Shown here: piece after piece, positions 1 through 7,210 of the stretch | Numbering within the stretch: the first letter of the stretch is position 1 | Layout of the letters: the number at the start of each line of letters is the position of its first letter | Assembly: GCA_019358935.1 (NCBI GenBank) | Contig: JAHHIK010000156.1 | Location: 1-14,705 of the forward strand | Reading direction: 5' to 3' | DNA length: 14,705 nucleotides | Origin: Tolypothrix carrinoi HA7290-LM1 | Lineage (GTDB): Bacteria > Cyanobacteriota > Cyanobacteriia > Cyanobacteriales > Nostocaceae | Program-made: the position numbers and the translations under genes | The notes under the pieces: generated by a model | The model's database searches: none | Told to the model about the DNA's origin: nothing | What the model saw: the letters and a program-made list of their open reading frames with translations, nothing else

Positions 1-118
1 ATCTTTACGCTCAACTCTATAGCGTAATAATAGCACAAAAAGCACCACTGTGGGGTAAACCCCACGACGTGGTTTTCATCCCCGGCATGAATGCGCGGGG
101 CTTTCAACCTACCTTTTT
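1..118 (-). mobile_element. Left end of an IS200/IS605-family insertion sequence; the element continues beyond the window start
   Basis: The minus strand reads TTAC (122-119) | AAAAAGGTAGGTTG AAAG (104-101) CCCCGCGCATTCATGCCGGGG (100-80, imperfect hairpin with one bulge). This is the IS608-type layout: TTAC target, AAAG guide, subterminal CCCC..GGGG hairpin. Further hairpins lie at 44-73 (core GTGGGGT-AA-ACCCCAC, 50-65) and 5-27 (TTACGCT/AGCGTAA). No transposase sequence is inside the window. Confidence 0.8.
27..35 (-). promoter_or_regulatory. Candidate extended -10 promoter inside the IS left end, directed into the element
   Basis: Minus strand TGcTATTAT about 25 nt from the window edge; no well-spaced -35. 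Confidence 0.35.
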
Positions 119-251
119 GTAAAAATTCCTTTGTTGCAATTTGAGATTCTAGCTGACGACGTTCAGTTTCGCAACGTTCCAGCTTTTTCCGCAAGATGCG
201 GGTTGTCTTTTCTAACGCTTGAATCTGTATGGAATTATCTTGGTTATCCAT
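119..251 (-). pseudogene. IS-interrupted 5' end of a probable FIST-associated signalling protein (coiled-coil N-terminus, likely a histidine kinase or similar)
   Basis: ATG at 251, 7 nt after the FIST stop, gives MDNQDNSIQIQALEKTTRILRKKLERCETERRQLESQIATKEFL (44 codons, coiled-coil-like), ending exactly at the TTAC IS junction. The product is inferred from the usual pairing of FIST genes with kinases or other signalling output genes. Confidence 0.65.
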
Positions 252-258
252 ACATCAC

Positions 259-1416
259 TCATTTTGTTCCCATTAGCAGTGTGACAAAGGTTTTGTTGTG
301 AAATTGCGTTTGACCTTTGCCCACCAAAGGAGCAATTTCACCGTAAGCGTAGAAACCACAACAGGGTAATGGCTCTGATAAATGAGTTTTGACAAGCTGA
401 TACTCTTTTATAGTCTGAGTTCCCAGAATTCGCCTGCGGGCAGCACAGGAAATAAGCAATGCTGCTGTTGGCTCTACACCGGGATAATGGGCGAGAGCAT
501 TTTTCAGGGATGTCTCAGAAGCTGATAATATATTTTCACGAGTAGCATCGGTAATTTGCACAATTGCCTGTTCAGGAATATCTGAAAAGAATGTCATACT
601 ACCAGACTGTTGATCGTAAGCTTTAGGCGCTCTCATATAGAAATGGTCTTGGGAATCAAAAACTGCTAGGGCATGAATTGCATAGTTGACTGCAAATCCT
701 TCTTCACCAAGATAGTGCTGATAGAAATCTAAGGCACGTTGTCCATCAATTTCATAGACTACATTGCCATTCACTTTTGTGACACGACTACGTTGGCTGA
801 CAGGAGTCCAACCACTGGCAACTCCGTGTCCCAATAGTAGTTTTCCAGAAAACAGCAGCACTGGCACTGAATCACTTAATACTTCACCCTGGAAAAATTG
901 ATAGGTCTTCTCAAAGGTATAGTCATCGGCAGTGATTCCCCCAATGATGGGAATATCCTCTCCCAGGCTTTGTTTTAAACCTTCTAAAATCAACACCTCA
1001 TTGGTCGTCAGACTTTCGGGAAAGGTGAGGCATAAATTTGGTGGGGATGCACTTTTTGCTTTTGCTTGTTCAATTGCTTGTTGGGCTGCCAATGCTGGAT
1101 TTTTAGATGCTTCTCGTCCAATACCTGCCCGAATTTCCACATCGTTGCCAGCAAACAGCATTAAGGTAACAGAATCTTGTTGAAACTCCAGAATTGAAGA
1201 GATTTCTCCATTTGTAGTTCCACCAATCAACTCAATTCCGGGAAAAGCATCCTGTATGTGCTGCAAAATTAAGGCATGGTCAAAGTCTATAGCCGCAAAT
1301 AAAAGTCCAGCCTGAGGAGTTAACCCGGCAAGAGAGTCGCTACATTCAGTAAGAACTTGAGCGATCGCGCTTTGAGAATCAGGATCGTCACTATGACCAA
1401 CAACAACTCGAAACAT
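259..1416 (-). CDS. FIST N/C domain signal transduction protein
   Basis: 385-aa ORF with FIST hallmarks: LIGGTTNGEIS, IIGGITADD, ASGWTP, ISCAARR, GFYAYGEIAP..FHNKT. Confidence 0.9.
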   Translation of the reverse strand: MFRVVVGHSDDPDSQSAIAQVLTECSDSLAGLTPQAGLLFAAIDFDHALILQHIQDAFPGIELIGGTTNGEISSILEFQQDSVTLMLFAGNDVEIRAGIGREASKNPALAAQQAIEQAKAKSASPPNLCLTFPESLTTNEVLILEGLKQSLGEDIPIIGGITADDYTFEKTYQFFQGEVLSDSVPVLLFSGKLLLGHGVASGWTPVSQRSRVTKVNGNVVYEIDGQRALDFYQHYLGEEGFAVNYAIHALAVFDSQDHFYMRAPKAYDQQSGSMTFFSDIPEQAIVQITDATRENILSASETSLKNALAHYPGVEPTAALLISCAARRRILGTQTIKEYQLVKTHLSEPLPCCGFYAYGEIAPLVGKGQTQFHNKTFVTLLMGTK

Positions 1417-1747
1417 AACTACCTCATTGTAAGTTTGAATAGCAGCGTGCTAATCCAATTCGGAGTGCAGCACCTTGCAAACTACAGTTATATTTCCCAC
1501 TTACTGGAACTAAATCTCAGTTCACTGACTTTTTATAATCAAAAGAAGTATGCGTGCTTTAGGGTGACAAAAAAGTTCAGTACTGACAACGGAAACGCTG
1601 TGGAAAGTTGATGATATTGGTAATCACTCCGGAAGTGTACTAGGCTCAAAGGAAATTGGGTAAGAGATTGAGCGTGCGATCGCCCACCTCTACCATCCTC
1701 AGGTTTAAAATAAGAAAAAACTTGAGCTAATGGTGACTCAAACAGCC

Positions 1748-2290
1748 GTGAATCAAAACGGGGCAATGCCACAAAGGAGTGAACCTACCTATTACTCCTT
1801 GCTAGGACTGCATCCCTCGGCATCGGTAATTGAAATCCGTCATGCCTATCGGGAACTAAGCAAACGCTTTCATCCAGATACTACAGAGTTACCTGCTGCT
1901 GTTGCTACTGCTAAATTTCAGCAACTCAACGAAGCTTACGCTACTCTCAGCAGCCCAGAACGCCGATTAAGCTACGATTTAAAAATTGGCTACTCTCGCT
2001 TTGGTGTGATTCAAGCACCCGCTGACTTGAACCATCCCGTCGCTAATTTTTATGATTGGTCAAAATCAGCTTACCTTGATGCCAGCGATCGCCCGCTCTC
2101 ACAAGGCGAAATCTTTGCTTTATTTATTATGGGGTTAACTATTCTCGGTTGTTTGTTATTGGCGATCGCCATCGGCTTAACTCGTGGCGATGCTGCCTTC
2201 AAAACACAACTTACACCACCAACGCCAGTAGTTCAAGAGCAAATTTATCACTTTTCTCAAACGAATAATTCTCTAGAAATTAAAAAGTAA
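1748..2290 (+). CDS. J-domain (DnaJ type III) protein with a C-terminal membrane anchor
   Basis: TYYSLLGL...AYRELSKRFHPD...KFQQLNEAYATLS J-domain with HPD motif, plus hydrophobic segment IFALFIMGLTILGCLLLAIAIGL. Start uncertain: ATG 1730, GTG 1748 or ATG 1766. Confidence 0.88.
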   Translation: MNQNGAMPQRSEPTYYSLLGLHPSASVIEIRHAYRELSKRFHPDTTELPAAVATAKFQQLNEAYATLSSPERRLSYDLKIGYSRFGVIQAPADLNHPVANFYDWSKSAYLDASDRPLSQGEIFALFIMGLTILGCLLLAIAIGLTRGDAAFKTQLTPPTPVVQEQIYHFSQTNNSLEIKK

Positions 2291-2326
2291 AATTATTTAT
2301 TTTATCCTTGACTTTTGACGCAAATC

Positions 2327-2599
2327 ATGACAAAAGTTTCCGCCGATACTCCCTTATATAACCACCCCCTACCTCAGATTGAGCAGTGGTTAAAAAACCA
2401 AGGCTGTCAACAAGATGAACAACAGCCGCATTGTTGGCATGTCCAGCGACCGTTATGGCAAGCAGAAATCTGGCTCGACATTGAGCAAATCATCGTGCGA
2501 TATTTTCCTTCTGGGGAAAAAGGGCAAGATATACAGCGATCGTTCAAGTACTCCCTCAGTCGGCAAGATATAGAACAAGCGGTTTTTTCCGGACCGTAA
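2327..2599 (+). CDS. Conserved cyanobacterial protein, DUF3143-like
   Basis: TPLYNHPLPQIEQWL...RSFKYSLSRQDIEQAVFSGP, recognised as the small protein usually found downstream of this J-domain gene. ATG 2327 is preferred over TTG 2315. Confidence 0.8.
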   Translation: MTKVSADTPLYNHPLPQIEQWLKNQGCQQDEQQPHCWHVQRPLWQAEIWLDIEQIIVRYFPSGEKGQDIQRSFKYSLSRQDIEQAVFSGP

Positions 2600-2600
2600 A

Positions 2601-2859
2601 AGAGGAGGGGGAGAGGGGGAGAGGGGGGGATGGGGGGGACAAGGGAGAGGGGGAGCCAGCGCGTTGCGGAGGTTCCCTCCGTTGTAGCGACTGGCGTGGA
2701 GACAAGGGAGACAAGGCAGAGGGGGGGATGGGGAGACAAGGAGAGGGGGGGAAAGAAGAATTTATCTTTTTGTCTCCCTTGTCCCCCTTGTCCCCCTTGT
2801 CCCCTTGTCCCCCTTGTCTCCCTTGTCTCCCCCCCTCTCCCCCCCTCCTCCACTCCTCT
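2601..2859. repeat. Foldback STRR-type repeat region between convergent genes, with a nested small dispersed hairpin repeat
   Basis: G-rich arm (GGGAGACAAG units, 2601-2751), AT-rich centre (2752-2770) and complementary C-rich arm (CTTGTCCCC/CTTGTCTCC units, about 2770-2858). Nested hairpin GCCAG-CGC..GCGGAGG-TTC-CCTCCGT..GCG-A-CTGGC at 2655-2695. Confidence 0.85.
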
Positions 2860-3609
2860 TCATACCTTGCCAAACCGCCTTTCTCGTTGCTGATAAGCAG
2901 ATAAAGCGCGGTGAAATTCGGCGCGGTCAAAATCGGGCCATAGAGTTTCGGTGATATAAATTTCCGCGTAAGCCATTTGCCAGAGAAGGAAATTTGAGAT
3001 TCGCATTTCCCCACTGGTGCGGATTAATAAATCTGGATCGCAAATTCCTGCGGTGTAGAGATGACGCTCAAAAGTTGCTTCATCAATTTCATCAGGTTGA
3101 AGTAAACCTTGCTTTACTTGATCGGCGATCGCTCGACAAGCTTGTAAAATTTCCTGGCGTCCACCGTAGTTTGTGGCAACTGTAAACCGGATAGCGCGAT
3201 TATTTTTAGTTTCTTCCATAGAACGGGAAATTTCTTCTTGAAGAATACGCGGTAAAGCCTGCAAATTTCCCACAAACCTAATTTGTACATTCTCCTCTAC
3301 CATTTCGCGCAATTCTTGACGCAAAACTCTTTGGAACAAAGTCATCAAAAAATCAACTTCTTCCTGAGGTCTTTTCCAATTCTCAGTCGAAAAAGCATAA
3401 GCCGTCAGCGCACCAATTCCCCAATCCTTACAACAACGAAGCAAATCCTTCAGCGCATCAACACCGTGTTTGTGACCGATAATTCGGGGTAGACCTTGAC
3501 GTTTAGCCCATCGACCATTGCCATCCATAATCACCGCAACGTGTTTGGGCAGTAATTCTCGCTTTAAGTCAGCGGGCAAATATTGCAGTTCTGTATGGTG
3601 TACTGTCAT
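2860..3609 (-). CDS. uppS: Isoprenyl transferase (undecaprenyl diphosphate synthase)
   Basis: [47 protein letters not shown] and C-terminal RERRFG motifs. The start overlaps the cdaA stop (ATGA). Confidence 0.96.
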   Translation of the reverse strand: MTVHHTELQYLPADLKRELLPKHVAVIMDGNGRWAKRQGLPRIIGHKHGVDALKDLLRCCKDWGIGALTAYAFSTENWKRPQEEVDFLMTLFQRVLRQELREMVEENVQIRFVGNLQALPRILQEEISRSMEETKNNRAIRFTVATNYGGRQEILQACRAIADQVKQGLLQPDEIDEATFERHLYTAGICDPDLLIRTSGEMRISNFLLWQMAYAEIYITETLWPDFDRAEFHRALSAYQQRERRFGKV

Positions 3610-4529
3610 TTTTTATCTCGCGAAGCGGTCGATGGTAATCCAAGTAAACGTGAAATTAGGGCTAGTGCCTTACTACGAATCTGACGTACCAAGCTTAACA
3701 GACCTGGAGCCACAGCTTCCCGATCTACAGTTGGCGATAATCGAGCCTCTAAACAGTCTTTCAGCTTCGTCAGCGTCAGCGGTCTATTTAGGATTCCCCT
3801 TTCCGCTAAAGAAATAGAACCCGTTTCTTCTGATACAACCACACAAATGCAATTTTCGACTCGCTCAGTAATTCCCATCGCCGCTCGGTGGCGTGTTCCC
3901 AACTGGCGCGAGGCTGTGCGTCCCGAAAGCGGTAAAATTATACCAGATGCTACAATCCGCGAACCACGGATCATTGTCGCCCCATCGTGCAAGAGAGTTT
4001 TTGGCTGAAAAATTGTCTGTATCAGTTCCTTAGAAACTTCCGCATTCAGCTTTACTCCGGGCACAGAAAAATCGCGCTCGTCAATTGGACCGCTAGTTTC
4101 CAAAATCAGCAAAGCACCAATCCGGTTTTTCGACAGTTCTTTAACTGCATCGACAATTTCATCAATCACACTATCAGACTTGGGGACTGTCCGATTCGAT
4201 GGTAGAAATAACGAACGAAATTCGCCACGTCCCAATTGTTCCAAAAATCGGCGAAACTCTGATTGGAGCGCTACAGCCATCGCCACAGCGCAGCCAATCA
4301 CCAATTTTTCCAATACAAAATTTAACAGTGGTAGCCCCAAACTGCTGCTGAGAGCTGACGCCAGCATCAACACAATAAATCCCCGCACCATCCACAGTGT
4401 CCGGCGCTCACTAATAATAACTAGGATCATGTAAGTCAGCGCCAGTACTAAGGCTATATCCAGAGTCTTAAGCAGCAAAGACCCAGACTGTCCCAGGTTT
4501 ATCAGCCATTGCTTCCACCAATCTCCCAT
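3606..4529 (-). CDS. cdaA: Diadenylate cyclase CdaA
   Basis: Three N-terminal hydrophobic segments followed by a DAC domain with HDGA, GTRHRAA and VVSEETG motifs, between lysA and uppS. Start set at ATG 4529 because the longer extension to 4601 is repeat-encoded. Confidence 0.93.
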   Translation of the reverse strand: MGDWWKQWLINLGQSGSLLLKTLDIALVLALTYMILVIISERRTLWMVRGFIVLMLASALSSSLGLPLLNFVLEKLVIGCAVAMAVALQSEFRRFLEQLGRGEFRSLFLPSNRTVPKSDSVIDEIVDAVKELSKNRIGALLILETSGPIDERDFSVPGVKLNAEVSKELIQTIFQPKTLLHDGATMIRGSRIVASGIILPLSGRTASRQLGTRHRAAMGITERVENCICVVVSEETGSISLAERGILNRPLTLTKLKDCLEARLSPTVDREAVAPGLLSLVRQIRSKALALISRLLGLPSTASRDKK

Positions 4530-4543
4530 GACATCTGGCGTGA

Positions 4544-4663
4544 AAGTATGAAGTATAAAGTATGAAAGATGAAAGATGAAGTATGAAGTATGAATTATCA
4601 AGCATGAAGTCTAAAATTTTCATTCTCTATCCTTTGTTCTTCATCCTTTTCTTTCAGTCTTCA
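4544..4663. repeat. Heptamer STRR array with a degenerate inverted copy
   Basis: Seven tandem AAGTATG/AAAGATG units (4544-4592), then degenerate complementary TTCAT(C/T)C-type units (4619-4663), in the lysA-cdaA intergenic region. Confidence 0.8.
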
Positions 4664-4667
4664 GGCT

Positions 4668-6227
4668 TTATCCAAAATCTTTCTTTAGTCTTTCTGGTAG
4701 GCAATCCTGTCTAATCAAGTCTTGATAAGTTTCGCGCTGCAAAATTAAATTTGCTTCGCCATCCTTGACTATAACCGCTGCCGATCGCGGTATGCGATTG
4801 TAGTTAGATGCCATACTGTAATTGTACGCACCAGTTGCCATTACTACGAGAATATCTCCGGGTTGAGTTTTTGGCAGTTGGGCATTTTTTATGAGAATAT
4901 CCCCTGATTCACAATGTTTACCAGCAATTGTCACTGTTTCGGTTGAGGGAGTTGACATACGGTTAGCGACTACTGCCCGGTAAACTGACTGGTAAGTAAT
5001 CGGTCGTGCATTATCAGACATTCCTCCATCCACAGCTACGTAGGTACGGATTCCCGGAATCACTTTGGACGATCCTAACGTATAAGCAGTGACACAAGCT
5101 GTGGCAATTAGCGATCGCCCAGGTTCACATAATAACTTAGGTAAAGGTAAATTTTCTCTAGCACAAGCAGATTGAATCACTTCACAAATCGGTTTCACCC
5201 ACTCTTCAATGCTCGGTGGATCGTCTGATTCAATATACTTAATCCCCAAACCGCCACCAACATTTAATTCTGTCACGCTTAAACCGTAACCAGCCGCTTT
5301 ACTCAACCACTGCACCATCAAAGCCGCTAAATCGCGATGCGGTTGACGTTCAAAAATCTGAGAACCAATATGAGCATGTAATCCCGCGCAGTTAAGATGT
5401 GATTGCTTGCTGACAAAAGTAAACAATTCATCCAGCGCATTCGGATCGAAGCCAAATTTAGTATCTAACTGTCCTGTCTGAATATACTCATGAGTGTGAC
5501 ACTCAATACCCGGAGTCAGCCGCAGCATAATCCGGATGGGGAGTGGGGGGGATGAGGAAGAGGGGGGAGACAAGGGAGAGGGGGGGCACAAGGGAGACAA
5601 GGAAGAAATTCCTGTTTGTCCCCCTGCTCCCTGCTCCCTGCTCCCTGCTCCCCCTTGTCCCCCTTGTCCCCCTTGTCCCCCTTGTCCCCTTGTCTCCCTG
5701 TCTTCTGCTATCTCCACCAAAGTATGCAACTCATACCAGTTATCCACCACGATGGTGCAACCAGACTCGATGGCAAAAACTAGCTCTTGGCGAGACTTAT
5801 TATTGCTGTGAAGGTAGATTTTATCAGGACTGACACCCGCTTGTAGTGCCGTGTAAAGTTCGCCTCCTGATGCTACATCTACACCTAAACCTTGATGAGC
5901 GGCGATCGCACAAATTGCCAAACAACTCCAAGCCTTTGAAGCATACAATACCTGAGATTCACCTTTGTAGTATTGCTTAAAAGAATCTCGGTATTGCTGA
6001 CAAGCGCGAATGAGCGTTTCTTCATCCAAAATATATAAAGGCGAACCATACTGCTGAACTAGAGTTGTGACATCACAACCACCAATTTCCAGGCAGTCAT
6101 TACTATTAACTCTGGCACTCAAGGGTAAAAGTTGCTGATTCGGCGACAATTTGCCATTTTTACCGTTTATATCAGGTAAATACTGACTACCAGAATGTTG
6201 AATGCCTGCCGGGTGAGTCGATACCAT
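4668..6227 (-). CDS. lysA: Diaminopimelate decarboxylase with an in-frame low-complexity insertion
   Basis: YASKA (PLP lysine), HAHIGSQ, GGGLG, EPGRS, CESGD and GAY motifs of fold-type III decarboxylases. Confidence 0.96.
   Translation of the reverse strand: MVSTHPAGIQHSGSQYLPDINGKNGKLSPNQQLLPLSARVNSNDCLEIGGCDVTTLVQQYGSPLYILDEETLIRACQQYRDSFKQYYKGESQVLYASKAWSCLAICAIAAHQGLGVDVASGGELYTALQAGVSPDKIYLHSNNKSRQELVFAIESGCTIVVDNWYELHTLVEIAEDRETRGQGGQGGQGGQGGAGSREQGAGGQTGISSLSPLCPPSPLSPPSSSSPPLPIRIMLRLTPGIECHTHEYIQTGQLDTKFGFDPNALDELFTFVSKQSHLNCAGLHAHIGSQIFERQPHRDLAALMVQWLSKAAGYGLSVTELNVGGGLGIKYIESDDPPSIEEWVKPICEVIQSACARENLPLPKLLCEPGRSLIATACVTAYTLGSSKVIPGIRTYVAVDGGMSDNARPITYQSVYRAVVANRMSTPSTETVTIAGKHCESGDILIKNAQLPKTQPGDILVVMATGAYNYSMASNYNRIPRSAAVIVKDGEANLILQRETYQDLIRQDCLPERLKKDFG
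5538..5705. repeat. Foldback STRR-type repeat inserted in frame in lysA
   Basis: GGAGACAAGG arm, AT-rich centre, CTCCCTG heptamers and CTTGTCCCC nonamers. The span encodes about 56 aa (EDRETRGQGGQGG...SSSPPLP) without a stop on the lysA strand. Confidence 0.85.
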
Positions 6228-6316
6228 AACTATAAGAATTGTCCTTGTTCTAATTACGGGTGTGAGTGAGTATCCCGATTCTCAGTTTACTTCGCGTTGT
6301 ACTATTACCAATAATT

Positions 6317-6868
6317 GTGATCTCATTAGCATTAGAAATTCAATCATTGACAGCGAACGATCTGAGTGCAGCTCTAGAACTCGATCAAGCTTGTTTTGGC
6401 GGTTTGTGGAATTTGCAGGCTTATCAACGAGAGTTGTCAAGTCCCAACACTGAATTACTCGGATTATTTTCCAACTTCTCTAGCTCCAGAATGCTGGGAA
6501 TCGGTTGCTTTTGGTCAATTGTAGATGAAGCACACATTACGATTGTGGCGGTTCATCCTCACTACCACCGTCAAGGTTTGGGCGCAGCTTTACTATATTC
6601 GCTTTTGGTGAAAGCTTACGATCGCGGTTTAGAGCGAGCCACTCTCGAAGTGCGTGTTTCCAACACCGCAGCAATATCTTTATATCAAAAATTTGGTTTC
6701 AAAACAGCAGGGCGACGACGCGGTTATTACCGAGATAACGGTGAAGACGCCCTTGTTCTTTGGACTGGAGAAATGCAACAGCCAGATTTTCCCAAAACTT
6801 TAGACACATGGCATACCATAGTTTGCGATCGCTTGAGTCAGTCTGAGTGGCAGTTAGTTTTTCCCTAA
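6317..6868 (+). CDS. rimI: RimI-like GNAT N-acetyltransferase (ribosomal protein S18 alanine acetyltransferase family)
   Basis: DEAHIT, HRQGLG (acetyl-CoA motif), LEVRVSN, LYQKFGF, RRGYY..GEDA. Start uncertain: GTG 6317 preferred, GTG 6266 possible. Confidence 0.9.
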   Translation: MISLALEIQSLTANDLSAALELDQACFGGLWNLQAYQRELSSPNTELLGLFSNFSSSRMLGIGCFWSIVDEAHITIVAVHPHYHRQGLGAALLYSLLVKAYDRGLERATLEVRVSNTAAISLYQKFGFKTAGRRRGYYRDNGEDALVLWTGEMQQPDFPKTLDTWHTIVCDRLSQSEWQLVFP

Positions 6869-7158
6869 TGATTAGTATTTCTAATTAAATTCCGGAAATT
6901 CATCAATAAAATATTAAATATTCAAATAATGTATTGATATGTATTGAAAATGACACTAAATTATGATATTAAATTTTGTTTGGGAAGGGCGAAAAAAACA
7001 CCCAAAACCCGTTTTTTGGAGTGAAATCGAGCGGCTCAAATCAAGGGTCTCAGTATACAGACCAGATAAAAGCAATAAAAATTTAATAATTATCCGATTA
7101 ACCTGAGTGTTAGCCCTTGGATGTCTATCTGTTTATACAGACACCCAAACATAGGGCT

Positions 7159-7176
7159 TATGCTAAAATCAGCATA
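7159..7176 (+). promoter_or_regulatory. Candidate clpC extended -10 overlapped by an inverted repeat
   Basis: TGcTAAAAT at 7161-7169, inside TATGCT-N6-AGCATA, about 40 nt upstream of the ATG at 7211. Confidence 0.4.
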
Positions 7177-7210
7177 CCGGCACGACGCAGGTGATGGGAT
7201 CAACGAAACT

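Noticed and set aside
1417..1747. NtcA or LexA box in the divergent FIST/J-domain intergenic region
   Set aside because: No GTA-N8-TAC or convincing LexA match found by eye; the short palindrome TCAGTACTGA near 1577 could be chance.
932..1772. ORFs 932-1183 (+), 1357-1611 (+) and 1539-1772 (-)
   Set aside because: They overlap real genes or the divergent promoter region and show no motif or RBS support.
2601..2859. Possible CRISPR array
   Set aside because: Units are 7-10 nt tandem repeats without unique spacers, and no cas genes are present.
2407..3014. ORFs 2407-2853 (-), 2556-3014 (-) and 2630-2893 (+)
   Set aside because: Low-complexity translations of the stop-poor repeat region that overlap real genes.
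2994..4434. Short alternative-frame and antisense ORFs within uppS and cdaA
   Set aside because: Fully overlap well-supported genes and lack recognisable features.
5536..5833. ORFs 5536-5811 (+) and 5543-5833 (+)
   Set aside because: Antisense to lysA and driven by the repeat insert.
7121..7210. 30-aa N-terminal extension of ClpC
   Set aside because: The canonical MFERFTEKA start is at 7211, and the extension spans a probable promoter.
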